Source: Ginglymostoma cirratum (lineage: Eukaryota). From it: a stretch of DNA of 63,040 bases. Positions 51,648 through 63,040 of this stretch are shown piece by piece. The first letter of the stretch is position 1. Every line of letters starts with the position of its first letter. The notes beneath the pieces are model-generated. The model ran no database searches. It was not told the origin of the DNA and saw nothing but the letters and a program-made list of their open reading frames with translations. The stretch is taken from the NCBI GenBank assembly GCA_024137785.1, contig JAHRHZ010000263.1:29521648-29584687 (forward strand), given 5' to 3'. The position numbers were made by a program, and so were the translations under genes.

Positions 51648-53523
51648 CTAAGAAACAAATAGGTAATTAGTAAAATACAATTAGATTCACAGCACTAGAT
51701 TGGCTGCTTACAAGTAGTCAGTTAAAAGCTGTCATCCGATTTGTTTTCTCTTCCAGGCTTATACAGTTCTATTAAAAAAACAAGATATTGAGATTATAAT
51801 CATCCAGGAATTTATGCATTTGAGAGATACATCCTATAAACAACTTAATGTATGTAAGTGTCACTGGCTGGGTCAACATTTATTGCCCATCCCTAATTAC
51901 CTGGAGGACATTTAACAGTTAACTACATTGTGGGAGACTGGAGTATTACTGTCTTTTACAAATCAATGCAAATAAAACTGATGTGTTCACACACAAACAC
52001 GAGTATTTCTCCTATGTGAAGTCCTGTCTACTACGTTAGAAACTCCCTTGTCTAGGATCACTTTGTTCACATAGATGTACTAAAATGTAAACTGTTCACA
52101 CTCCAAATTTTGAACAACATACTCAAATCTGTATGAACACAGACCTTGGGCAATGAAGATTTCAATCAAATTTATTCAAGTAAGATGTCAATGCAAAAAC
52201 ATGTGTTTAAAATAAAAAGAACCTGCTCTTGGGACTCATTGATTCCTATTCCCCCCATCACCTGTTTGATAGTCTGGAATTCATTTTGATTCCACCACCA
52301 CGCACTCCCTCTCCCTACCCCTGCCATTTTCTAATCTCTTGCTGCAAACAAAACTCTGTTTCAGTTAAGCATATATTTCCATTGGTATAACCTGACCTAC
52401 AGGTCCAAAAGCATTTATTTCAGTGAAGCATTAATTGCTCGCAGGATAAAAGCACAAACTATCTACATGTAAATAATGGCTATAAAATTCAACTCTCTTG
52501 CCTGTTTCTTGATATCAGGCTATAGACTAAACCAGAGATTCCAGTCCGTTCGGTTGGCACTAAATTTAGTTATCTCATATTTTTTGCACTGTTCACGTAA
52601 ACTACTGATGAATTTACTAGCGGTAAGACTAGAAAAATGCTAATAACTGTACAATCTGGACCGCTCATTCACAAAAACAATGGGCTTACAGAAATATCTT
52701 GTATAAAAAAATCTTTTCAGACTTCACAATGCATTTCCATACTTTTTTAAGGACTCTGAAGTCTTCAGATATGCCTGAGCTCTGCAAATACATCATGATT
52801 CTTGCACAATCTCAAAAATTCCTTCATTTCTTAGTTAAATCTAATTTACAAAAAACAATAAAATGCCTTTTTTTTTGTAGGGAACTAAACAAGTGGTGAT
52901 GTTAATTCTTATTAATAGTTACGTTTAGTACGTCTTAGTGTGTTCATAGCAATGCACGCACTCATGTGATATATACTAATTCAGTTGGAGCCAAACTGAA
53001 TGGCGCATTATGAAACTAAATTAAATGTCTCAATGTTTCCCCCCCTCCCATCAGCTTTAGCTAAATTTGTTTACTTCCAACTTCAGCGTTTTTGCATAGG
53101 TTAATATATAGCAATCAAGAATAGAAGCTTTTCCTGATTTTTCATCAGCTGTGTTTAGTGGCGACGAGCATTTTACAGGCATTAAGCGTCAAGCTCAGAC
53201 TGGAGATTAACTCTGGAATTTTTCTAGTCTATACGGTTGTTACCAATAATTCATTGGTTAGGACAAGAGGTAAGTCCTTTCCTTATTTACATTTGATAAA
53301 TTCAGTTTTTACCTGTGACATTCTTGACCCATTTAATCTGCTTAGCAATCTTTCTGCATCCTTTCCTACAATCAGATGGCAGTGTTAAGCTGGTTAATGT
53401 CTAGTTTTATCCATTATCCAAATATTAGCATTTTTAAAAATTTGCTAATTATATCAAGTGTTTGAAACTTTTTGTAACCTTTTTTCCACGGCTTCAGTCA
53501 ACTTTTCAATTACTGAAATTTAC

Positions 53524-53721
53524 CTGAACTTTTAGATAAGTCATTTGTCTCAGCAAGTCTTCAAAGTGTTCTCTGTCTGATTGTGGCAGCTCAGAGGACA
53601 GCACTACTCCAACATAGACACCAGGATCTTGTGACATTATATCAGGAAACATGTAGACTCCATTGTGACATTGCAGTACAGGAGACTGGCTAGGTATAAG
53701 TGGGTACACCCAATCACAAAC
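53524..53721 (-). CDS. SPART: SPART coding exon 2 (198 nt): VCDWVYPLIPSQSPVLQCHNGVYMFPDIMSQDPGVYVGVVLSSELPQSDREHFEDLLRQMTYLKVQ
   Basis: ttctgttag| acceptor and CAG|gtaaa donor, phase 0 to 0. Matches spartin VCDWLYPL..GVVLSSELP..FEDLLRQM. Confidence 0.96.
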
Positions 53722-53949
53722 CTAACAGAAAAGGAAATATGATTATTATTTTATGTCCATCTACAAATTGACCCTTAAGATGATAACATAATAAATAGTA
53801 CTGCAATTTTCACTCAATTTGTTCTCATATTACCACCTGTGCATGAAAGACCCAGTTATACCAAACTAAAATTTATTCATATAATGCTTTAGACGACTCA
53901 AGGACAAAATTTAGCACTAGTTTCGAAGCATAGTTATTATTATCATGTA

Positions 53950-54260
53950 AGAAAGCGCAGCACATGGTTTGTGCACAGCATGCTCCCACAAACAGCAGTG
54001 AAATAAGTGGCCAGAACATATGTTTCAGTCACTGATTGAGGAATAAATTGTAGCCAAAAGACTGGAAGAACTCACCTCCTCCCCTTTGAATAATGCATGG
54101 AATCTTAAATCATCTCTCCAAGCTGGGTGGATTAACCATGGGAAATGCAGGGGTACAGGGATAGGGCAGGGGGTGGGTCTGGGTGGGCTGCACTTTAGAG
54201 GGTCAGTGTGGGCTTGATGGGCCAAAAGACCTGCTTCTACACTGTAGGGATTCTATAATT
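53950..54260. mobile_element. DeuSINE-like remnant (minus strand, about 53950-54120) abutting a V-SINE/HE1 3' half (plus strand, about 54121-54260)
   Basis: ctcccacaaacagcagtg..gattgaggaataaattgtagcca..ctcccctttgaataatgcatggaatctt is Deu-like in reverse. It is followed by gggaaatgcagggg..gggtgggtctgggtggg..cactgtagggattctat as in 17966-18298. Confidence 0.55.
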
Positions 54261-55789
54261 GTATGATTTATCTAAGTCAACAATGTTGAACAGAAGAAAG
54301 TTTGATTCACCCGTTATTTAATGTAGGACCAACAGCCAAACAAGGCCTTCATAGTTATGAAGTTTAGGATGGACAGTGAAAAAGAAAAGCATGTATCTGG
54401 AAGTTAACCACATACTAATAACTTCACTGATCAGCGTAGAGATAGGATATGTGGGTTACAATGAAGGAACCTTGAGGCATACCACAAATATCCATGTACA
54501 TCAGGGAAAAGAATCTCTCTCAGGAGATATATTGAGCATTTTGGGACCACAAGATGGAAGCTGGGAGAAGTACCAGAGATGCAGGAGTGTTTCACATTGC
54601 TCTTCTTATTCAGAAAAGAAATCCATGTTAGTATAACAAACTGCAGTTTAAAAAGCTAGTAATGACACTGACCAGAGTTTAGGAGGAATGGGTTTAAGAG
54701 TCCATGCAAGAGGTAGTGAAGAGCAGTTTGTGACTTAGCTTGCATTGTATGATAACCGATCTGATAAGGAGAAAGACTGCAGCTATCATAAAAGGGCGGA
54801 AAATAACAGCTGTGATCACTCAAAGAAAAACTATTTAGGTTGTATTTCTAATTTATTCTGACTAGTTTATGTTTAATAGGTCACAAAATTCATTAAATTC
54901 ATTGGCTTGAGCCAAATTTATGCATTAACCTTTTGAAAGGACAAACTTATCGAATGCCATTGGCACACTGGAACACTTGTAGTTATCAAATAAACAAGTC
55001 GTAATTGCTGTAGATTTAGCTGAAAATCTCCTTGGATTGTTAGATAAAAGTTAGATTCACACTAATTCTCATTCAAGCAAACTGTTTTTACAATCAAAGT
55101 TATTTTTAACATTTTTAATTTTTAGCACAGTTGTGACTAGGTAGATGTGGAGACAAAGACAATGTCCACATTTAACAACATCTCAAGGGAGGCCAAATAT
55201 TCAATATCCCAACGTAAGAGTTAAATCCATTTAATGGCACTTCACTATAAACTACTTCCTGAGTTTTCTAATTCCAGTCTTAAAAACAATTAATAAAAAA
55301 GATAGCTTGAATTTAAAGAACTGAAAATGATATCCATGATTTCTTCATAGGTTTTCTACATCAGGGAGTGTGTATTCTAACTGTATATTCTAGATTTAGC
55401 TTTCTTATGCATTTGCTTAAACAAAGGGATTTAGTGTGGGTCAACGTGTAAGACTTTGTCTTGCCCTTAATCCTTATTTTCTCTTCAGCTATTCACCAGT
55501 TGCTACTTGAGTGAGAAATTTACCCTCAGTAAAATTTCCTAACAGCTAAACAGAATATACCTGGTAAATGGTTCAAAGTTCTAGCCTTTGTGTATGATGA
55601 AGAATAAAATAAACAAAATAACTAAAAATTCTAAGCTTCTATTATACAAGACTTCCACAATCCCTTCAAATTATTATTTTGCAAAAACATTGTGAATTGC
55701 AGTACAAATTGTGAAAATAAATACATATAGTAGGCATCTGAACCAAAAATGTTAACAAATAAATTTTCTGCAATAATCTAAAAACATAC

Positions 55790-56599
55790 CTGCAGAAAGG
55801 AAGGTGGCCGGTTTTGTGCTGCATCAGCATCTGAATCAGAAAATGTCACAATGCGGAGGTATCCTGGATAGGAGGGTGCACTCACTTGCCCATCAGGTGT
55901 TACATAGAATATCTGCACTCCTTGCTCAATTAAAATGAGCTCACATCCATCTATACCAAGTGATTCCAATGGAGGAGGATGGGTCCTTTGCCCAATAGCA
56001 TTACCACCAACAACAGCAAACTCGCCAGATTCAGTTCCATAGGAAATGGTCCTGTGTCCTTCTGCGGCCTCGGGCGTGTATACTGGGGGCAGCTCATTCA
56101 ATGCACACGGAACATCTGCTGACAAACTAGCCGCTATGTTCAAGGAGCTTCCATTGGTAGTTGGTTTCACATTCATGGCAGAAGATTGAGTGTTTGACAA
56201 CATTGAAGATCTCTCTTCACAGGGTATTGGTACAACTGGATACAGTCTTGACTCCGCTTTTGAGTTATCAGGTCCTGAAGTTTCAGAAAATTGGTTTGGC
56301 TGACTAGATGCCATTGAATTGTCTTCATGTTCCAAAATAGATAACCTTGTTTGTATATTACTTAATGTTGCACACATCTTATTCTGCATTTGACGGGCTA
56401 CGTCCCACTGGGGACCTGTACATTCTCGACTATTTGAAGGAATATTCAATCCTTCAATTAGGTGCCTCTTTCCTTGCCTGTAATACTGCTTTGCAACTTC
56501 TTTTTGACCACATTCATCTGCAGTGAGCCCTTTATTAACAAAGGTAAATGCCTTTTTATATTCCTCCTTAATGCGATTAAGACTTTCAGCTGCATTCAT
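55790..56599 (-). CDS. SPART: SPART coding exon 1 (810 nt, 270 aa): MIT domain, PPxY motif and start of the central domain
   Basis: The exon starts at 56625 after a tttttgttag acceptor, with ATG at 56599-56597. IKEEYKKAFTFVNKGLTADECGQKEVAKQYYRQG (MIT), PPVY, and GVQIFYVTPDGQVSAPSYPGYLRIV match spartin. CAG|gtatgt donor. Confidence 0.97.
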
Positions 56600-56889
56600 A
56601 GTTGCAACGTTGCAGTGGTCCAAACCTAACAAAAATAAAGAAATACATCTAAATGAAATGTTTTGACAGATTTAAAACCAAAGGAGCAGAACTTGCATGC
56701 AAGTATAACTTAAAGCAAATGCAGCAGTTTCCCACCTTGTACCAGGAATTACTTTCCGAATTTTATCTCATGAAGGTTCACAAATGGTCAGAGCATTGTG
56801 AATGCCATAAAGATAGTCAGGTCAAATATTTTGTATGTTGAATTAGATGCAATCCAATTATACAGAGTGCTATTACATCCAAGCCCCAA

Positions 56890-57800
56890 AACTTTTACCT
56901 TCCGCTTGTAGACTTGCTCAGCGAGCCAGTGTGTTTCATTGCAGACATTTTGTCACCCCGCTACGTAACATCATTAGTGCACCTCAGCTGAAGCGTTGGT
57001 GTTCTGTCCTGCTTGTTATTTACGCACCTCGGCTTGCTGGGGTGGTTGGCATTACGTCCGGTTCTGTTTCTCAGTAGTTTGTGTATCGTGTCCAGTTCAA
57101 TGTGTTTGTTGATGGAGTTTCATTTGGAATGCTAGACCTCCAGATACACACTAGTCACCCCTACCGTACATTAGTGACACATCAGACATAACCCTAGGAC
57201 TACTCAGACCCCTAGGTATCAGGCTAGCCCACAAACCAACAACCACCCTGCGATAGCTACTGACGAACGTGAAGGATCCCATACTCACAACCAATAAAAC
57301 TAACGTAATATACAAAATACCATGCAAGGACCGTGAGAAATATTACATAGGCCAAGCTGGAAGAAAGCTGACAATAGGTATATACGAACACAAACTGGCC
57401 ACCAAGAGACACAACCAATTCTCACTGATCTCAATATACACGGACAAAGAAGGACACAAATTCGACTGGGCCAACACATCCATAATAGCACAAGTCAAAG
57501 AAACATGCTAGGGAATTCCTGGAGGCCTGGCATTTCGACCAGAACTCCATCAACAAACGCATTGAACTGGACCCGATATACAAACCACTGAAAAACAGAT
57601 CTGGAGGTAATGCCAACCACCCCAGCAAGCCAAAACATATAAATAACAAGTGGGACAGAACACCAAACACTTCACCGGAGGCACACTTGACAATGTTACC
57701 TAGCAGGGTGACGAAACGTCTGCAACCAAACACACCGACTTGGCGATCAAGTCTTCAACCTCATCCACAACCCGAGCTACAAATATTCTCAAAAACTTTA
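56890..57800 (+). mobile_element. Penelope-like element (Poseidon/Penelope-like) 3' fragment with an inverted 5' arm
   Basis: ORF 57269-57511 reads NVIYKIPCKD..YYIGQAGRKL..EHK..GHKFDW (GIY-YIG). About 56900-57142 is an inverted copy of about 57520-57790. Degenerate hammerhead cores occur in both arms. Confidence 0.85.
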
Positions 57801-59479
57801 AACCTTTATACTCACATAACCAAAAATTTATGGATTTATCAGAACATGGTTGCTCGCCACATTTCACTAAGAATATTGATGAAGCAGTTTGTGGACTTCA
57901 TTGATCACAACCCTAGAACTTACTACCTAATTGCATTGCGGGTGCACCTACATCAAATGGACTCCAGCAGTTTAAGGCAGCAGCTCACCACCATCTTTCA
58001 AGAGCAACTAGGGATGAGCAAGAAAAGCTGACCTATCGAGTGATGTTCTCATCCCATAAGTGATTGGAAACAGTCCAAGGACTTAAAAACACGAGTAGGG
58101 GTGGAACTGTAAGCAACATAGTGGCTTGGATAAGAAACTTGTTAGGAGCTGGGGGCGTAGGAACAATCGATACTCAGTGGCAGAACATAAATCATTGTAA
58201 CCCTAGTGTTCTGGACTTGGCTTCAGCTTTTCTGAAGAGTTATTTTGGATTTGAAACATTAACTTAGCTGTCCACAGATGCTGCCAAATGTGCCTAGTCT
58301 CTCCAGTACTTTGCTTTTATCTCTGCTTTGCATTATATTTAGAAATAACTTTGATGAAGAAACTGTGTCATACAAACTTCCCAGAAGCATTACATAAGGT
58401 AGCATAACATATAGTGTAGATGGCAGCAGAATGTTGCAAAAGGGACATTGCATGATATACTGCATCAGCGAAACTATAGCTGATGGATTTCAATGTGGAA
58501 ACATACAAGTTCATCTGCTTGGAACCTGAGGAAAACAAATCCAAAATTTTCTAAACGGTAAGAAGCTAGAAACTATGGATGGATTAACCATGCAATTTAG
58601 GGATCCCTGTATAGAAACCACTAAAATAGCTTGTGAACAAATACAATAAAGTAAAGGGTTAAACAAATTTTGCATGCTCGAGGCACAGTTTAAGTATTCC
58701 TTAAGATTCAACATGCCACGAAGGCTGCGAATAATCCAGTTCAACTTCATAATCACCATGGAGAATGCCATGAGCCTTAGCTTTGTGATGGGAAGTGAAG
58801 AAAGCAGTTTAGCATTCCAATACTTAGCTCATAAAACACATCCAAGACTGAATATCAGGAAAGCTGTCTGACATTGTGAACATAATATAGAAGGGGTCGA
58901 GAGGGTGTTGGATAAGTACAGCAAAGTGGCAGCAGAGTATGTTTGGCACCTGATATGCAGATTTGAAGTAACATTGCCAAGGGGGAGTATTTAGATGAGA
59001 AATAGGAGAGCAGGGCATGGTCAGGGATAGATTCGAAAGAGAGACTCTACAGGCAATAATGCAAGAGGAGAAGATACTGCAGGTGATTCTTCTGGTCACA
59101 AATAGATAGAAATGGAATGAGCTGGCATTCCCAACCATCTGAATAATGGAGGAGGATGTTGGTCAATTTGTTAAAGATTGCAGACAGGTCAAGAATGACA
59201 AGAAAGGATATTGTATCATGGTCATAATCAGATCAAATGTCATTTGTGACTTTGAGAAGAGTTGTTTCAGCATGGTGGCAATGATAGTAACCTGCTCAGG
59301 GAGGCAAAAATGGAATTCTAGGAAAGATTGTTTTGGAATAGAGAGGTGACGACTTTCCAACATTTCACTTGAAAGGAGCTCAACAGTTTAATTACATGAC
59401 GCCAAACCAGAAATAGAAAACTGCTGTGTAGCAAGAACAGTTGGACTGTTACTGTTGCACCTGTTGACATAATCAGCTG

Positions 59480-60880
59480 AAATCTTCTTTATACTGAGTG
59501 ATGCCAAAGAACTGGAAAATTGCAAAGTTACACCCTTGTTCAAAAATGGGTGTAAAGGTTAACCCAGCTACTACATGCCCATCAGTTTAATTCTGTGGGG
59601 AAACTTCTAGAAAATAAAAAATTGGATACAAAATTGTTACATGGATGAATACAAGTTAATTACGGAAAGCCAGCATGGATTTCTTAGGGGAAAATTGTCT
59701 TACCAACTTGGGAGCTTGTTTGAGGTAGGAAAGAGGATTGATGAGGGCGATGCTGTTGAAATGGTGTACATGGACTTCCAAAAATGCATAAGATACAATA
59801 GCACACAGACTTGTGTACAAAGTTAATGTTCATGGAATAAATGACAGAGTAGCAGCATGGATATATAACTGGTTGAGTGGCAAGAAATATAAAGTAGTGG
59901 TTAATCAATGTTTTTCAGGCTGAAAATAGTTGTGTACTGAAGCTCCCCCAAGATGAGTGGTAGAACCCTGGATTTTCCTGATATAAATTATTGACCTTGA
60001 TCACGGATGTACAAGACACAAAATCAAAATCACAAAATTTGGAAGCATAGCTAACCCACATGAGGATACTGCAGAACTTTGAAAGACAGATAAGTTGTTG
60101 GAATGAACAGACAGATGGCAGGCAAAGTTCAGTGCAGAGAAATTAGAAATCATCCAGTTCAATAAGAACATCACGAGAGACAATGTGAAACAAACTTCAA
60201 AGGAGACTCTTGTGGTACACTGGTTGAGCTACCTAAGCCCAGAGGCCAGCATTCAAGTCCTACCTTCTCCAGAGGCATATAACATTTCTGAACAGATTGA
60301 TTAGAAAATATCTCCAAACTCCAAAGTGGATACGGGAACAAAGAGTCCCATGTGTATTTGTGCACGGGTCATTGAAAGTGGTACATTAGCATAGGGTTTA
60401 TTAATAGAGGCGTGGAGTTCAAGAACAAGGAGAATATGTTGAACTTATTTAAGAGGCTAATTTTGCTTAAGCTGAAATGCTAGGCACACACTTTAGATAG
60501 CACATGAGGTTATTAGAGAAGGTGTAGAAAAGATTCAATGAAATTTTTTATCCCCTCCAAGGATGAGGAACTTGAGTTATGAAAGTCAACTGGAAATCTC
60601 AGGGCTGATTTCCTTAGAAAAATGACTAAGAGTGGATTTGACTGACTACATAGAGAGAAACTGTTCCCATTTGCAAAAAGATAGAGACCAACAGGACACA
60701 GATGCACACCTCAGAATTTGAAAGAGGCAGGTTCAATTGAAGCATTCAAATGTAAATTAGGCTGTTATCTGAAAAGAAAGAATATGTAGGGTTACAGGGA
60801 AGAGTCAGGAGAACAGCACCAAGTGAATTGCTCATTTGAAGCCCCAATGCAAACAACTGTCACATGGCCAACTTCTGCAC
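59480..60880 (+). mobile_element. Degenerate CR1-like LINE RT region
   Basis: ORF 59641-59826 reads LITESQHGFLRGK..IDEGDAVEMVYMDFQK (CR1 RT). Confidence 0.75.
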
Positions 60881-60920
60881 TGTGACTACTCTTGTGCTAT
60901 GAACTTCTGGATTTTCTAAA

Positions 60921-61005
60921 GGTTCTAGGCCCGAAACGTCAGCTTTCCTGCTCCTCTGATGCTGCTTGGCCTGCTGTGTTCATCCAGCTCTACACCTTGT
61001 TATCT
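60921..61005 (+). mobile_element. Penelope-like terminal fragment
   Basis: ctaggcccgaaacgtcagctttcctgctcctctgatgctgc...ctctacaccttgttatct. A further end fragment lies at 63009-63040. Confidence 0.75.
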
Positions 61006-61009
61006 TACA

Positions 61010-62110
61010 TCATTGTGCATTTTGTGCAAGGGAAATTGTGTCTCACAAACTTGATTGAGTCTTTGAGGAAGGGATCAAAAAGACTGATGTGGGCAGAGCG
61101 GCAGACATTGTTGACTTGGATTTCAGTAAAACCTTAGATAAGGTTCTGCATTGTAAACTAAGTAGTAAAGTTAGATCACATGGAATTCAGGGCGAGATTG
61201 CCAACTGAATACAAAATCGACAAAGATAGGAGACAGAGGGTGGTGGCAAGGGCTGTTTTCTTCGGACTGGAGGCCTGCTACCAGCAGTTTCCACAGGGAT
61301 CGGCATTGGATGAGGAGAGGCAAATGGAGTTTAATTTGGATAAATGTGAGGTATTGCATTTTGGTTAAAACGAACAAGGGCAGGACTTACACAATTAAAA
61401 GTAGGGTCTTGGGTAGTGCTGTAGAACACAGACACCTAGGCGTTCAGGTACACAATTCTTTGAAATTTGCATCACACATGTAGGGTAATTAAGAAGGTAT
61501 TTAGCACGCATGTCTTCATTGCAGTCCTTTGAGTATAGGAATTGGGACAATACGTTGAGTTTGTACAGGTCATTGGTGAGGCCTCTTCTGGAGTACTGTG
61601 TCCAATTCTGGTCACCCTGTTAGAGGTGGAATATTATTAAACTGGAGATGGCTCAGAAAAGATTTGTCAGGAAGTTGCCAGAAATGGAAGATTTGAGTTA
61701 TTAAAAAAAGGCTGAGATATTTTCCACTGGAGTGTAACAGGTTGAGGGGTGACCTTAAAGAAGTTTATAAAATCATGAGGACGTAGATAAGGTGACTAGC
61801 AAAGGTCACTTCCCTAAGATGGGGGGAGTTCAAAACTAGGGGACATGTTTTTAAGGACAGAGGAGAAAGATTTAAAAAGGACAGGAGGGGCAAATTTTCT
61901 TTTACAGAGTAGTTAGTGTGTAGAATGAACTGCCAGAAGAAGTGGTGGATACAGGTACAGTTACAACATTTAAAAGACATTTGGATAAGTACATGAATAG
62001 GAAAGGTTTGGAGGGATAATGGGTCAAACACAGGCAGGTGGGACGAGTATACTCTGGGAACATGGTTTGCATTGACTATTTTGACCAAAGGTTCCCATGC
62101 TGTATGACTC
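61010..62110 (+). mobile_element. CR1-like LINE (HER1-like) RT-to-3' fragment, internally deleted
   Basis: FVQGKLCLTNLIE, QMEFNLDKCEVLHFG, ttggtgaggcctcttctggagtactgtgtccaattctgg (LVRPLLEYCVQFW), and a tail ending in tgctgtatgactc. Confidence 0.8.
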
Positions 62111-63040
62111 ACATTTTCACAAGACGAAATCAACAAAATGGCCAATATGGATATATGCACCAGAATGTAATTCATGAAATTTGATCAGTGCTTGAAGCAT
62201 AACAAAACACCACAAAAATAAAATCTATAACAAAGCATGAATTTAACCCATTTAAAGCTGCAAAATATTTTTACAAGCAGCAGCACTGATTTCCTCTTTT
62301 ATGCAGCATTATTAAACAACGTTTGGATTATGACTTGGCTGCATCAAGTACTATACAGAATAACTGCAAAAAAAAAAAGCACAATAGCTGATTGTGGTCT
62401 CTTATGAACAAAACATCATGTGATTAGGATTATTATGAAAAGTCACTATCCACAATGAATACAGTTGTTCTAAATGTTACATTCTGCTCACAAAAAGTAT
62501 AAAGCATCTTAACTCTATCTGGCACCAAGCTATTTTAAAGGAATGCATGTTGAACAATCTTCAATATCAATTAGTTCTTTAAAGAAAAAGACAGGGTTTC
62601 CAATCAGCTTGTCAGTTTCTTGACAGTTGAGATGTAGAAAGATACTTCAGTGGTTCAACGTCAACTTGCCATAGACTGCTCCGATCACTGATTTTGAAAT
62701 TCAGCCTTGGAACTACCATGGAATAAAAGTTCCAATCAAAATACCAGTATTCAATTACTTTTTTTAATGTTTAAATTACCTGTGTGCATTAGTTTACTTA
62801 AGAACACCAAGAAATAGGAGGAGTTGACCACACAACCCATCCCCTTGCATTAAAGGCCATCATATCATTTACCAGCCTTATAGCTTGGCATACCTGTGTG
62901 ATAACACTACATTTTTTCTACAAACACAAAGTCCTTGTGAACAATAACAAGTTTCATACCATTTAAAAAAAAAAACTTTACTATACTTACTACTAAATTA
63001 ATATTACAGATAACAAGGTGTAGAGCTGGATGAACCCAGC

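Noticed and set aside
55778-56632. 284-aa ORF taken as a single-exon gene with an upstream start
   Set aside because: The ORF runs across the acceptor at 56625 and the donor at 55790. The real coding part is 56599-55790.
62770-62800. Minus-strand donor-like site (cacag|gtaatt) as a SPART 5' UTR exon
   Set aside because: No CpG-rich promoter or clear acceptor supports it. The first SPART exon is probably beyond the right edge.

Overview
Repeat-rich vertebrate genomic DNA, most likely from a shark. That assignment is an inference from HE1/V-SINE-like and DeuSINE-like SINEs, abundant CR1/L2 LINEs and Penelope-like elements. There is one 400-N assembly gap at 16346-16745. Two recognisable genes lie on the minus strand in the same order as in human: a complete 7-exon SPART (spartin/SPG20) CDS at 56599->41413 (589 aa, all GT-AG, phases consistent) and the first four coding exons of CCDC169 at 23461->10643. 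The remaining CCDC169 exons were not found and are probably left of the window. Between the two genes I reconstruct an unrecognised three-exon plus-strand gene (23599-23662, 31420-31517, 38349-38411; AATAAA at 38573) that the ORF track misses. It encodes a 74-aa coiled-coil microprotein and shares a 137-bp bidirectional promoter (RFX X-box, M-box, ETS site) with CCDC169. By eye the protein resembles the fungal DASH/Dam1 subunit Dad4, which is untested. The rest is mostly decayed retroelements, including Penelope-like elements carrying minimal hammerhead-ribozyme motifs and fold-back derivatives, plus a hAT MITE. Repeat boundaries are approximate, and homology calls come from recall rather than searches.
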